From an uncultured virus (IMG/VR IMGVR_UViG_3300025012_000071) (taxonomy: Duplodnaviria > Heunggongvirae > Uroviricota > Caudoviricetes), in IMG/VR virus record IMGVR_UViG_3300025012_000071: DNA of 64,000 bases, one strand, 5' to 3'. Both the position numbers and the translations under genes were made by a program. Shown here piece after piece: positions 37,525 through 49,764 of this stretch; positions within the stretch are counted from its first letter, which is position 1, and each line of letters begins with the position of its first letter. The notes beneath the pieces are model-generated. The model was not told the DNA's origin, ran no database searches, and was given only the letters and a program-made list of their open reading frames with translations.

Positions 37525-40500
37525 ATGGAGGAAGATGTTGAGGCGGCAGGTGGCATTAAGCAGTTTCTTATCGTTAAAGTTAGGGAGTATGTTGACATTG
37601 TTAGTAGTGTTGAAGTATTTCAGAATAAGAAGGGAGATTCTAACGAATTCTTCTTTCAACTTGTTCGTAGTTTTCTAGTCATGACACCATGTGTTGTTAG
37701 GGCGAGAAGTGACCATGCCTGTGCTGATTGCGCTATTACAGATAGTTGTGATTGGTATAAATCTATGATTGATATTGCTAGTAAATTAAAGGTGAGGGAG
37801 AAGGACTAATGGAAGTAGGTCAGAGGGTTTATGTGAAAGACCACTACAGCAGCAACAAAGAACCGAATGAATATGAGGTTATGAAGGTTGGAAGGAGTTA
37901 TTTTTACATTGCTATAAATAACACTTCTAGACTATTCAAATGTGAGATTAAATCTCTTAGGTGCATTGATAGTCCTGGATTTAAGATATGCCTGTCAATG
38001 CAGGAGTATCTTGATGAGCAGGAGTTTACTTCCGTTCTAAGATACATAGAGAGGAAGATTGGGTGTCCTTATAAGAACAATATCACTCTTGGTAAGTTGC
38101 GGAGGATTAGGCGCATCATTGACGGAGGGGAGGAAGTAGAGTGAAATACAAAGAACTTATGAAGCACAGTCAGACACTAGAACGCAAAGTTGCCGCATTA
38201 AAGGAAGAAAACAAGTCATTCATTGGGCAGATTGACGAGTTGGTGCGCATTGAACCGATCGACTTAGAGAAAGATTCATTTGAATGGTATTGCCCATATT
38301 GTGCAGACAAAAACATTGAACAGGGGATATTATCTGTTTATGATGAAATTAAGTGTAGTAACTGCTCTATGGTATTTAGAATAACTATTGAAAGGAAGAA
38401 GTAAAGTTAACATGACCTTCGACTACAACAAAACAGAATCGGAACACTGCCTTGGGTGCGGTAGAAAGTTGACCGCTGCGGAGAGGGCAGAGGGGAAATG
38501 CGATAAATGTGGGGAGGAAGTATGAATGGGTGTATACGACCAGGTAATACAGGAACCATGCCCTAAGTGTGGCGAAGCAATGTACTCAGAAGGAGTTTCC
38601 AACGACATAGGTTATTGCTATCCACCGTTTCATTGTGAAAAATGCGGATACTCTGAAAGATGCGGATATGAGGGTATGAATTGTAATAAATGCGACCAAT
38701 ACGAGAAATGTTTTGGTGAATTGGAGGTGTAAAATGAAAACAACACCAATTCGTAACTGCCAGTCGTGCGGCAAACAATTTACTGATGGCGATATAGTGT
38801 ATTATGCACGGTTGGACAACAACATCGTTTGCCCTGAGTGTTCGTATGGGCATAGCATCAGGGAGAAAAGACTTGTTGAGATAGAAAACTATTGCAGTCC
38901 TCCGATTGCTCGCTACAATGCCCTTGTGAAGATTTTAAAAGGTGTCGGTATTACTCCTACTCATGCCGAGGAAAAGTTTTTACTGTGGTTTAGTACGTGG
39001 GATAATGAAACTTCTGCAACCTTGCGTGGGTTACTGGAGAAGTGCTTGGGGGTGGGTGGTAATGGTGAATAGTCAAATTAAATTCTACTCAATACCGAAA
39101 TGGGCGAAGTATATTGCTCAGGATGGCAGATCGGAACATGTGTCTGTCGTGGTTAGTAGTACCTTGAAGGAGGTTAGTCGTTGAGCAATCAACTCCTAAA
39201 TAACATTACTGAGGCAGAGATTGAAGAGCAGGGCAAAGCAATGGTCGATATTTACTGTGAAGATTGCGACTACACTACAGGATACATGGACTATAAGAGT
39301 GCTGTGTTTAAGATAAATATGCAGGGCGGTTACTTTATGTATGACGGTGAGGGTGGGGATGAAAACAGGTGTCCTATGTGTAAGAATGATAGTTTAGTCA
39401 TTACGGATTAGGGGGAGGTTAACCGTTGAGTAAATGCCAAACATGCATACACTATCGTTATTCTGCCGGTGTTGCCCCATCATTAGCCAAAATACTAAAT
39501 AAGAAGTTGCCGTCAAGGGCAACAAATTACTGTGATTATGCTGAAATTAGTTGGCAAAGAAATTCTGCCGAAGTTAAAAAACCGAGAAGCATTAAATGTG
39601 ATTATAGGATGAAAGAAATGTACTGTGATGATTGCGGTAAATCAATAAAGAATAACTCTGATGTGTGGATGATTCTTTCGTCAAAATCTTATATATGCAA
39701 GAAATGCGGTAAGGAGAAGGAGAATAATGAGCAACCTTAAATCCAAAATACATACGTGCCGAGAGAAATTGGCGTATGTAAGAGAAGTATTACAGGACAG
39801 GAAGGATGATCGGTTAGCGGAAATGGTTGGCGAGGTAAGTAACACGTTGAATAGTATGTACCCTGAGATTAACAGGTTCAAGCAACATATTAACCGATTG
39901 ACAAGTAAATTGTAGGGGTGATTATTTGGATATAGATAAAAGATGGCGCAAAAGAAGAAAAATATTAAAAGACAATGACTGGCAGTACGACCGACAAAGC
40001 GAGTCTTATTCTTCTCCTGTCGGAAGTTGTGATTTTGCTTATGATCTAAAGACGTATTCTGATGATAAGTTTAGTGCAGTAATTGAAGATAATAGAATTG
40101 AATAAATTAAACTCTTAACAACTTCCTCCACCACGGCAATTTCTTCTCTGACCGCCAATGCTCGATAAATTCATCGACACGAGAAACACGATTAATAAGA
40201 TGCTCAACTTTTTTGACGAGTTGGGCATCAGAAGGTAGGTATTTATGGGATTAAGAAAAATGACAATGGGTAAATTCTCTTGGAATGAGAGATGTAAAAT
40301 ATGTGGTCAACATATTTTAGAAGGTGAAAAATTTTATGTAGTATATCCTTCACATAATAAAGATGAAACATTAACATGGGGAATTGTTCATGCAAAAGAA
40401 TTAGACTGTATATCTGAAGGATTATCAGAAGAAGAAAAAATGGATAAGTTGCGCGGCATTAAAAAACCAAGGTTCAAAGGTTTCACCGAAGAGCAAAAGG

Positions 40501-40808
40501 TAAATGCCGAATTATTTAAAGAATTGTGCCGCAAGAGAGGTTACGTAAAAAGCACAATCTCAAAAAGAACTATGAAGTTTAGTAAAAGAGGTACATCTTT
40601 TAAGATTACATATGACGTGATTACAGAAAGCATATCATATGATTATAGGTGCAAAGGATTATTTGACGGACTATTTATAATGACAATCATATCTGAATTA
40701 AAGCATGAATTTGATAAATTGCAGGGCAAGGAACCATGTGAAATAGTAACCGTGAGCAGTATTATTGGTGAAGCAATTAAAAAGGCAAATGAAATTATGG
40801 GTAAGTGA
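37525..40808 (+). other. operon of small hypothetical, many Cys-rich, early genes
   Basis: Tightly packed ORFs 37525-37809, 37809-38144, 38141-38404, 38526-38732, about 38735-39072, 39181-39411, 39426-39740, 39727-39915, 40245-40808 with RBSs. Confidence 0.7.
40107..40250 (-). pseudogene. startless C-terminal remnant of a coiled-coil protein ending PWWRKL
   Basis: Minus frame SDAQLVKKVEHLINRVSRVDEFIEHWRSEKKLPWWRKLLRV*, in-frame stop upstream. Confidence 0.45.
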
Positions 40809-40825
40809 TAACCGCTTTGGCGGTT

Positions 40826-41713
40826 TTACTTTTTCCAGAACTTCCACCAGGACCGCTTACTTTGTGCCGCCAAAATATCTTCATTCTGTTTCTTAATCCA
40901 CTCATATTCCTTTAGGATATTCTCAGCATTACTATAACTATCATTCTTAACATTTTCTATGACGGTCAGGACTTCTTTTTTCTCCATGTCCTTTTCTCTC
41001 TTTAATTCCTCAAACATGGATACGGTCAATTCCTGTTGCTGCGCCAAAAGTTTCTCAAAATATTCTCTCTGTTTATCTAATTCATGCCTACTTTCCTGCT
41101 TAATGTCGGACAAGGCAATAGTAAAATCTTTTATAGCGGAGGTGTATGCGTTTAATTCGTCACGGGTAACGAAATTTTCTACAACGGAAGGAATATATTC
41201 TACCTCATTAGAGTTATCCACAGTTTCCACTTCTATTTCTATGTCCTGCTCTAATTCTTCTACCTCTTCTATTGATGGAATTTCAACGCCATCAGGTTTT
41301 CCATGCTGCCACTTTTCCAGGTTTTCTATGCTGATCATCTTCTTGTTTCTATCCCATAGATAGGGCATACCATCTTTATTTATGCGGTTTCTAATAGTCT
41401 TTGTAGTACAGTCAAGATACTTGGCCGCTTCTTCTACGCTGAGATATTCATTTTCTGCTTTTCCTACTAATCTGATTGTCACTTTTCCCACTTCCTCCGT
41501 GTTTTCTATCTTATTTCTATCTAAATTTCTAGCTAAATACATCTTAATTGCATTACTCTTATTAATTAAAACCTTATAATCATAATCATCATTATCAAGA
41601 TTATTATATATGTGCGAATTTTCTATGAATTTTCTATGCAATTTCTCACTAAATCCGTTCCTACTTCCTACATTCTCATAGAAACTTTCTAACTTCGCAA
41701 GTGCCTGTCCCAT
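40826..41713 (-). CDS. MerR/excisionase-type HTH plus coiled coil with amphipathic WWKFW tail
   Basis: YLSVEEAAKYLDCTTKTIRNRI, long coiled coil, KRSWWKFWKK*. Confidence 0.75.
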   Translation of the reverse strand: MGQALAKLESFYENVGSRNGFSEKLHRKFIENSHIYNNLDNDDYDYKVLINKSNAIKMYLARNLDRNKIENTEEVGKVTIRLVGKAENEYLSVEEAAKYLDCTTKTIRNRINKDGMPYLWDRNKKMISIENLEKWQHGKPDGVEIPSIEEVEELEQDIEIEVETVDNSNEVEYIPSVVENFVTRDELNAYTSAIKDFTIALSDIKQESRHELDKQREYFEKLLAQQQELTVSMFEELKREKDMEKKEVLTVIENVKNDSYSNAENILKEYEWIKKQNEDILAAQSKRSWWKFWKK

Positions 41714-41951
41714 CAATTTTCCCTCCACATCTAAAATTTCCACAGCGGAGAGTCTTGACATTTTGGCTGCATTTGCGTAAAATAATAAACAGCAAAGCAG
41801 GCAGGGGCAACGCCTCCGCTTTTGGATAAAAACCACCTTCACCTTGGCCGGGAGGGGTGGTTTTCGGCTTTAATTGACAATAATTTTAGCATTACCCGGT
41901 AAGTAATGCAATACATTATTAAACCCCTCCGCGATGGAAGGGGTTTTTGTT

Positions 41952-42158
41952 TTACCTTACAGACCCGGCGCAGGCGTATTCTTCCCTGGCATCAACCAGG
42001 GACATATCCTGCTTCGTATGACCATACCTTACTATCTTATTTACCTCATTGATACCTTCATGGGTGATGTTCTTGTCAACGGTAATATTTTCACCGTCAA
42101 CCACACAATGGAAAAGACCGCCGTAGTCTGCAACTGCATTTACTCGAATAACAATCAT
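41952..42158 (-). CDS. small hypothetical protein, possibly SOS-regulated
   Basis: 68 aa with AGGGGG RBS; LexA-like box upstream. Confidence 0.55.
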   Translation of the reverse strand: MIVIRVNAVADYGGLFHCVVDGENITVDKNITHEGINEVNKIVRYGHTKQDMSLVDAREEYACAGSVR

Positions 42159-42172
42159 CCCCCTTTTTTTTG

Positions 42173-42186
42173 CGAACACTTGTTTT
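42173..42186. promoter_or_regulatory. LexA (Cheo-type) box
   Basis: CGAAC-ACTT-GTTTT matches the Firmicute GAAC-N4-GTTY pattern. Confidence 0.55.
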
Positions 42187-42256
42187 GTATTTATAATAAT
42201 ACACGCAAACATTCGCAAATTCAAGAAGTTAGTTTCTCATAATTCCGACAAAGTTA

Positions 42257-42658
42257 TTACATATTTCTTACTTTAGTGATTGTTTTTAATAATTCTTCGA
42301 CAATCTCAGGCGGTATTTGTTCGGTGTACGCCTTTTTAGCCAGCAACAGGTAAGGCAATGTTTCCTTATCAAGTAGCATTTGCTTTATTTCGTCGGTTAA
42401 TACCTCGTTAACCTGTGAAATGTCAAAAACAGTACGAGCGTTTTCGGAAAAAAAGTACATAGGTGATACATTTAATGCGGTAGCAAGTCTCTCAATAACT
42501 TTAATGCCAGGACTTTGCCTTTTTCCGCTTTCAATTTCGGCAATGGTGTTAGTTGATATGGCCTTTGGTTCTCTTGCTGTAACTGTTCTTAGTGATAATT
42601 CATCCATACTTAAACCCCTGTTATTCCTGAGATTATACAACTTATATTTAATTTCCAC
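42257..42658 (-). CDS. CI-like XRE repressor
   Basis: LRNNRGLSMDELS...ISTNTIAEIESGKRQSPG...IERLATALNV; divergent from Cro. Confidence 0.85.
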   Translation of the reverse strand: MEIKYKLYNLRNNRGLSMDELSLRTVTAREPKAISTNTIAEIESGKRQSPGIKVIERLATALNVSPMYFFSENARTVFDISQVNEVLTDEIKQMLLDKETLPYLLLAKKAYTEQIPPEIVEELLKTITKVRNM

Positions 42659-42873
42659 CCGATATTCCCCCTTTATTATATGTTTAATTATATTTCCCGT
42701 CCTCAATTCAGTATACAGGTTGTTGTTGGTAGCGACAATTTCACGGGAAAATATACTTAATTCAGTTGACTTTATACTTTTTAAAGTATATAATGGACAT
42801 AGTTGAAAGAACTTATTTTTTTGCATAGTTATACTGTTTGCAGTAACATTTTACTGAAAGGAGGACAAGTAGT

Positions 42874-43107
42874 TTGGATTTAACAGCGATTGGGTTAAAT
42901 ATCATTAAACGTCGTAAATCATTGAATTTAACCCAGGACGATATTTCAGAAAAAACTGGCATAACACAACCTAATATTTGCAAGATTGAAAACGGTCTTA
43001 ATTCTAACCCGTCAGTCAATACGCTGCAACGTATCGCTGATGCCCTTGGTTGCGACTTACTGTATCTATTAGAAACTGAATCCGGTTCCGACTTGCTGAA
43101 TTCATAA
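42874..43107 (+). CDS. Cro-like XRE regulator
   Basis: RRKSLNLTQDDISEKTGITQPNICKIENG..NPSVNTL.RIADALG. Confidence 0.9.
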   Translation: MDLTAIGLNIIKRRKSLNLTQDDISEKTGITQPNICKIENGLNSNPSVNTLQRIADALGCDLLYLLETESGSDLLNS

Positions 43108-43188
43108 TAGCACACATTTTTTTATAAGTCTGTGACCGTCATCACATTTTTGAAGTTTTTTTGAATTATTTTTAGGGGTGAGATAGTT

Positions 43189-44668
43189 ATGACTAATCCG
43201 TATGTCGTTATCGAACGCAAGGCATACAAAACCTACTGCGATGATATGGGCGAAGGTAATACCTGTATATGGCAGGGCATAAATGACGGAAGGACTTGTG
43301 GAAAGAATTACGACCATTGCTGTGTAGTTTGTCCTGACTACAATTTCTGTGGTTTACCTGAAAGTTACGGTTGCTACACTGCCGATCAAATCTATCAAAT
43401 GCACATCGAAAGAAAGTTATTCTAGACATTAACAGATTGAGGTGTTTGATTTTTGAATCTTTTTGAGCAAGATTATTTTGTAGTTAGGTTTGCAGATGGA
43501 ACATACCGGGCAGCATCATATAATACCCTTTCCTCGTGTGGTGACATTTCCAGGGCAATGAAATACCGCTACTTAGAAGATGCAAAAGACGCTGCTGCTG
43601 ATTTCAACAAGTACGGTCGTAAATGTGAGATAGTTCCGATTACTATAACTATTAAAGAGAAGGAGCACAACCATAAAGACCTTTTGGTTTATCACTTCTC
43701 ACATAGATTTAATCAGAATGAAACTGGTTGGACTATCAGAACAGATCAGTATATGTGGTCTTATTGGAATATTCATGCTTTATGTGACAATAATTTTCCA
43801 TACGATAACGGTTTTAATTATGGAGCATTAACGGATTGAGGTGACTAAATGAACTTAGATAAAAAACTTCACAATATGCACGAAACCGCTTTCCTGTGTC
43901 AGACTTATTGTGATTTGAGGGAAGTTGCGGTAAAGGTACATGAATTGGACGATAATGTGACTACCGAATTGCTTGCGGTCATGGATAAAATACACGCTGC
44001 AATTTGCGAGCAAGATTAAGAAAGTGGGTGCATCGGTGAGTAATGCAATAGTTGAAACCTGCGCTAACTGTAAGTTTTGGAAAGAAGTCGAAGGAAATAT
44101 ACCGTTTAAATGCGAGAAATGCGGCATAAAGTTTTTCACGCCGGGATGCAATCCGTGTTATTCATTTGAAGCGAAGGAGGACAAGCAGGATGTTTAAGGA
44201 GTGGGATCGGGTTGTTGTTAATGAACCAGACACGGATATAGTAAACGTCAAGGGTACTGTTATATGTGCTAGAGAAGGGCGTTTTCAGCAGTTATGTGAC
44301 GTTATATTAGACGATATGGTGGCAACTTGGGATAGTCTTGAAAGATGTTTTCTACAGGAAGAACTAACTATAATCACCAACAAAGAATCATGAACACAAG
44401 CGATTATTCAGAACTAGCAAAACATACCGCATCGTGGGCGCAGGGTATCCGTGAGGGACAAGCAATATTAGTCGCGGAAACACTTGAAAGAGTGTCGGCG
44501 TACTGTTTGGAGCAGGCGAGTGTGCCGGATTTATACACAAGGGAGTCGTTCAAATGTCCGTGTGTCCATTCTGTGGAAGTAAGTTGGTGGAAGTTACTAT
44601 CCCCGAAACCGATATGGAAATGGTTGCAGGGATTTTGGTCGAGAGGGAAACGCAAGACTACCGCCTGA
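43189..44668 (+). other. cluster of small hypothetical early genes
   Basis: ORFs 43189-43425, 43453-43839, about 43973-44197, 44190-44393, 44390-44668. Confidence 0.6.
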
Positions 44669-44744
44669 TGTGTCCTGTATCGGATTGTTATGAGGCGGCG
44701 GAGAGTGAACCGGATACAATACCATTTTAAGGGAGGTTATTGTT

Positions 44745-44960
44745 TTGAAAACTGCTAGTGATAGACTTAGTATTAGTGACGCACCTGATGTTTTAGGGCC
44801 AAAAGAGGTTGGTAGAATAGCGGGAGTTGCCGCAAGAACAGCTTATGAGTGGTTTGAATTAGAAGGTTTTCCGGGCAAAAAATATGGCAAGAAATATTTG
44901 GTGACAAAGAGGTCTTTTATTGAGTGGTTAGAAAATGGTTGTAAAAATAAGGAGGATTAA
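44745..44960 (+). CDS. excisionase-like HTH_17 protein
   Basis: PDVLGPKEV..I.G.....AYE.....GFP..K.GKKYLV.K..FIEWL. Confidence 0.8.
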   Translation: MKTASDRLSISDAPDVLGPKEVGRIAGVAARTAYEWFELEGFPGKKYGKKYLVTKRSFIEWLENGCKNKED

Positions 44961-44962
44961 CT

Positions 44963-46909
44963 TTGAAAATACAAAACCTTGTGTTAAGAAATTTCAAGGG
45001 CATTAAGGAATTTGAGTTGAATGCAGGCGGCAAAGATGTTTCTGTTTATGCCGACAATGGACTTGGGAAAACAACTATTGCCGATTCATTTAACTGGTTA
45101 CTATTCGGCAAAGATTCGTTAGGCAGAGCAAAGTTTGAAATTAAGACGCTTGACAGTAACGGCAATGTCATTCATGGACTAGAGCATGAGGTAGAAGGAA
45201 CTTTTGATGTAGGCGGCAAGCAGTTGAAACTTAAAAAAGTCTACAAGGAGAAGTGGACTAAGAAAAAGGGACAAGCAACCGCCACATTCACCGGACATAC
45301 AACCGACCATTTTATTGACGATGTGCCGGTTAATGAAAAAGTTTTTGCCGCCAAAATTGCCGAGATAGTCAACGAGGATATTTTTAGACTATTGACCAGT
45401 CCTTTATTCTTCAACGAGCAATTGCATTGGGAGAAGCGCAGGGAAATAATCTTGCAGGTTTGCGGTGACGTTTCGGATGATGAAGTCATTTCCTCAGATA
45501 AAGCACTTGTAGATTTACCGAGCATCCTTAACGGCAGATTATTAGACGACCATAGAAAGGTTGTTGCTGCACAAAAGGCCAAGATTAACGGTGAATTGAA
45601 AGATATTCCTATTCGCATAAATGAGGTTAACCGTTCCTTGCCTGACGTATTAGAGTTAAATGGTTTTGAGATTGAAGGTAAGGTTATCGATCTAAAGGCT
45701 AAATTAGAGACTAAGCGGCAGGAAATAATGACAATCCAAAGCGGCGGCGAGGTTGCCGAAAAGGTTAAGGAATTAAGGGAATTGGAAAGTAAGATTCTCG
45801 ACATTCAAAATGAGCATAAGAAAAAGCAGCATGAGTTAACCTTTGCCAAGCGGTCAGAACTGTTGGAGGTTAAGGGCAGACTACAAGAAGTAGAGCAAAA
45901 CATTAAAAGCAAGAACCGCATTATTGAAGCAAATACCGAAAATGTAACCAGCAGAGAAAATACAATAAAGGAACTCCGAAATTTATGGACTGCGACAAAT
46001 GACGAGCAATTTAACCTTGTCATGGAAAGCATTTGTCCTACATGCAAACAGGAGTTACCAGAAGAAGAAATAGAAAACGCCAGATCGTGCGCTATTGCCA
46101 ACTTTAATCACTTAAAGGCAGTTAAATTGACCAACATTTCTACTGATGGGAAAAAGTATAGTAAAATTGTCGCTGATTTAAAAGACGAAAATATTTATCT
46201 AAGAGAAGAAATCGAAAGATTTGAGTCTCAAAAAATAACTTTACTTAGTCAAGAAACTACACTACAAACCGAACTTGACGAGCTAAGCGCAGGCGTTACC
46301 GATATAACCGCCAATACCGAGTATATGGCGGCAGGTAAAGAAAAGTCAGAACTGATAAATAAGATTGAGCAGTTAAAAACCAGTAACCATGACTTATTGC
46401 TTACCGCTAAATCTGAGGCGGCATTTATTGAGCAGGAACTTAATGTCTATCAAGGACAAGTTAAAGACATTGAGACACACACTAAAGGACAAATACGCAT
46501 AGAAGAACTGATGGCGCAGGAGAAGAAACTTGCCGGTGAATACGAGAAACTTGAAAGAGAGTCTTACCTATGCGATCAGTTTATCAAGACCAAAGTTTCT
46601 ATACTGGAGGTAAGAATAAATAACTTCTTTAAGATGGCACGTTTTAAGATGTTCAATGTATTAGTTAATGGTGCAATTGAACCAATGTGTTCGGTAACTT
46701 ACGGTGGTGTACCTTTTGAATCTCTGAATAATGCCGGACGTATTAATGTGGGACTGGACATCATAAATACACTAGCAGCACACTACAAATTTAATGCGCC
46801 GATAATAGTTGACAATGCAGAGGCGGTCAATGAATTATTGCCAGTGGATGCTCAGTTAATTAGATTGATTGTAAGTAGGGACAAAAATTTACGGGTGGAG
46901 GTTTTATAA
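44963..46909 (+). CDS. SbcC/Rad50-like AAA ATPase
   Basis: NFKGI, DNGLGKTT, coiled coils, CPTC zinc hook, IIVDNAE. Confidence 0.9.
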   Translation: MKIQNLVLRNFKGIKEFELNAGGKDVSVYADNGLGKTTIADSFNWLLFGKDSLGRAKFEIKTLDSNGNVIHGLEHEVEGTFDVGGKQLKLKKVYKEKWTKKKGQATATFTGHTTDHFIDDVPVNEKVFAAKIAEIVNEDIFRLLTSPLFFNEQLHWEKRREIILQVCGDVSDDEVISSDKALVDLPSILNGRLLDDHRKVVAAQKAKINGELKDIPIRINEVNRSLPDVLELNGFEIEGKVIDLKAKLETKRQEIMTIQSGGEVAEKVKELRELESKILDIQNEHKKKQHELTFAKRSELLEVKGRLQEVEQNIKSKNRIIEANTENVTSRENTIKELRNLWTATNDEQFNLVMESICPTCKQELPEEEIENARSCAIANFNHLKAVKLTNISTDGKKYSKIVADLKDENIYLREEIERFESQKITLLSQETTLQTELDELSAGVTDITANTEYMAAGKEKSELINKIEQLKTSNHDLLLTAKSEAAFIEQELNVYQGQVKDIETHTKGQIRIEELMAQEKKLAGEYEKLERESYLCDQFIKTKVSILEVRINNFFKMARFKMFNVLVNGAIEPMCSVTYGGVPFESLNNAGRINVGLDIINTLAAHYKFNAPIIVDNAEAVNELLPVDAQLIRLIVSRDKNLRVEVL

Positions 46910-47734
46910 ATGGCAGTACAAAATGCAGTAGCGGTTAAACCAGTAGCAAAGTTAAAAGCAATGATCAATGTTGGTAGTGTGCAGGAACAGTTTAAAAACG
47001 CACTCAAAGAAGGTTCGTCTTTGTTCGTTGCTTCACTGATCGACATTTATAGCAATGACACTAAATTGCAGGCGTGTGAACCTCATGCCGTTATTGCCGA
47101 AGCACTAAAGGCAGCAACATTAAAACTACCCATAAATAAAAACCTTGGGTTTGCCTATATTGTTCCTTATAAAAACAAGGGCAACAGCGAACCGCAGTTT
47201 CAAATTGGATACAAGGGGTATATTCAGTTAGCAATGAGAACAGGTCAGTATAAGTTTATTAATGCTGATGTGGTGTATGAGGGAGAATTAAAAGGTCACA
47301 ACAAATTGACCGGAGAAATGGATTTATCCGGCGAGGCCAAGAGTGACAAAATAATTGGCTACTTTGCCTACATCGAAACAGTTAACGGGTTCAAAAAACC
47401 GCTTTATTGGAGTAAAGAAAAGGTTACTGCCCATGCCAAAAGATATAGTAAGTCATTTACTTACAGTTCTTCGCCCTGGCAGAGTAACTTTGACGAAATG
47501 GCACTTAAAACAATGCTGAGAAGTATTTTAAGTCACTATGGAGTTATGTCGGTCGAAATGGTTAACGCTTTTACTGCCGATTCTGCCGACGAAAGAACCG
47601 CAGAGGCGCAGGCGCAGGATGAAATTAAGCAGAACGCTAATGCCGAAACTATTGATGTTGAGTTTAGTGAAAATGCCGGACAAGCAGAGGAAGGCAAAGA
47701 TACACCACCCCCTACTGACGGCCCTGATTTTTAG
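46910..47734 (+). CDS. recT: RecT-family single-strand annealing protein
   Basis: LGFAYIVPY, QFQIGYKGYIQLAMRTGQY, W..NFDEMALKT. Confidence 0.92.
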   Translation: MAVQNAVAVKPVAKLKAMINVGSVQEQFKNALKEGSSLFVASLIDIYSNDTKLQACEPHAVIAEALKAATLKLPINKNLGFAYIVPYKNKGNSEPQFQIGYKGYIQLAMRTGQYKFINADVVYEGELKGHNKLTGEMDLSGEAKSDKIIGYFAYIETVNGFKKPLYWSKEKVTAHAKRYSKSFTYSSSPWQSNFDEMALKTMLRSILSHYGVMSVEMVNAFTADSADERTAEAQAQDEIKQNANAETIDVEFSENAGQAEEGKDTPPPTDGPDF

Positions 47735-47735
47735 G

Positions 47736-48446
47736 ATGGAGATTACCGTTTTAGCAAGCGGAAGTAAGGGTAACTGCTACAGAATTTCTGATGGCAGTAC
47801 CCCACTAATTATAGAATGTGGAATTTCTTTTAAGAATATTCAGCGCGGATTAAACTTTAAGACTTCTGAAATTGCCGGTTGTCTTGTTACTCACGAACAT
47901 ATGGACCATTCTAAAGCCGTTAAAGACGTTTTAAAAGCAGGCATAGACGTTTATACCTCACAGGGAACTATTGACGCTTTAGGACTGTCTGGACACCGAT
48001 TAAGTGCATTGAAAAGTAAGGAGCAAATAGACATAGGCACATGGACAGTATTGCCCTTCGATACAGAGCATGATGCCGCCGAACCGTTAGGATTTTTGTT
48101 AGTAAGCAGGTTTGCCGATATTAAGTTTCTTTTTGCTACGGATACCTTTTATGTGCGGTATAAGTTTCAAGGACTAACGCATATTGCCATAGAGTGTAAT
48201 TATGCCGACGATATTTTAAGGGCAAATGTGGATGCCGGACTGATACTGACGGATCTAAAAAACAGGTTACTAAAAAGTCACTTCTCTCTTGAAAATGTTA
48301 AGGAATTTCTTAGGGCGAATGATTTATCGAAGGTGCGAGAGATTCATTTGATACATTTAAGTGAAAATAACGCTGACCCTGAGAGGTTTAAAAGGGAGAT
48401 ACAGGAGTTAACAGGAAAACCAGTCTATATTGCCGGTGGTAAGTAA
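47736..48446 (+). CDS. metallo-beta-lactamase-fold nuclease
   Basis: LASGSKGNCY, THEHMDH, HDA, TDT, ECNY, HLS. Confidence 0.9.
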   Translation: MEITVLASGSKGNCYRISDGSTPLIIECGISFKNIQRGLNFKTSEIAGCLVTHEHMDHSKAVKDVLKAGIDVYTSQGTIDALGLSGHRLSALKSKEQIDIGTWTVLPFDTEHDAAEPLGFLLVSRFADIKFLFATDTFYVRYKFQGLTHIAIECNYADDILRANVDAGLILTDLKNRLLKSHFSLENVKEFLRANDLSKVREIHLIHLSENNADPERFKREIQELTGKPVYIAGGK

Positions 48447-48678
48447 ATTGAATATTATCGAGCAGATTATTGAGGTATTAGAAAAGTATAGTGATGACTT
48501 AGGAAAATGGTTGGAGGATGATAATAATGGCTAAATGTTATGACTGCAAGACTTCAGATGCTAAATTTTCTATTGATAGGGTCGGTATGAGCGTTGCTTT
48601 GTGTCCCTATTGCGCCAATAAGGAATTAAAGAAACAGGGGCGCGAACAGATTAAATAAACCAACAAAGGAGGCAACAC

Positions 48679-49700
48679 ATGGACAACCCATACGATCAAG
48701 GTTTTCGCGCAGGTTATTTGGGCGGTCACAAACTGCCTCCTGTCGGCAAGCACGAACATAAATTATACTGTAAAGGTTACTCTGATGGGCGTATATCGGC
48801 AAGGAGAAATGTCGTGGTTGCCCGATGGGTACAGGGTGCGGTTAGAGGGAGGGCGATTTAATGGGCATGTCGTGTGATTGTAGCATTTATGACGATGATT
48901 ATAGCGTCGCTGAGTTTTATAATAAATCATACCCTAAAGCACGCAAAGAACATACCTGTTGCGAGTGTAGGGATAAAATTGTGGTTAATAGTATATATGA
49001 AAAAATAACCGGAAAATGGGATGGCAAAATAAGTACATTTAAGACATGTATGCCATGTGTAGCGATTAGAAATCATTATTGCCCTAACGGTGTTGTTTTT
49101 GAAAATCTAAGAACTCAGATAAAAGATTGTTTAGGTTTTGACTATACAGAAGTACCGGAGGAGGACGATTAAATGCCATTCGTAACAGTTGAGGTTGAAA
49201 GCGGTAGATTAACTCTACTCGGCGGTGACGAGGTAATGCGTGAAGTTATCGAGAAGGAATGTCCCATCGACCTGGCGTTTGACGATAAATTGTTCAAGGA
49301 AATTTACCACCACCCCGACGGTACGAGGTTGAATGTGTACGGCAGCGTTCGCGGCAGGGGACTAAATGAGCATATACTTTGGTCTAATGTGGAGGCAATT
49401 AGTTAGTCACAGAATGACCGGAAACAGCATTTTAAGGACTGTACGCAAGAGTAAATGTAATTTAGGTAGTCTAAGTAGTTGATAAGATGAATAGGGGGTT
49501 GTATGGTGAGTTCAGAAAGAATACTTGCCGCAGAGGTTGAGAGGTTGCGGAAAGAAAAAGAACGTCTAATGATTGTTCTAAACACCATCAACGACATTGT
49601 TTCAGATAGTGACGGAGTTGCCGGTTATCACTTGAACGGTGATATTGCTTCTTGGGATTCATTTGGATTTATGGATGCGATGCAGGATGCTTTAAAGTAG
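48679..49700 (+). other. small hypothetical genes (48679-48861, 48861-49172, 49173-49406, 49503-49700)
   Basis: RBS-preceded ORFs; 48861 carries ARKEH.C.EC...GKWDG.....KTC..C. Confidence 0.65.
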
Positions 49701-49764
49701 GGTGATTAATTTATCCTAACCTACTGTATCCGGTAGGCAGAAACTTTTAACGGGAGGTAATCAA

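Noticed and set aside
48679..48861. Ribosome modulation factor homolog
   Set aside because: Only generic Y..G...GY..G repeats; too weak to call
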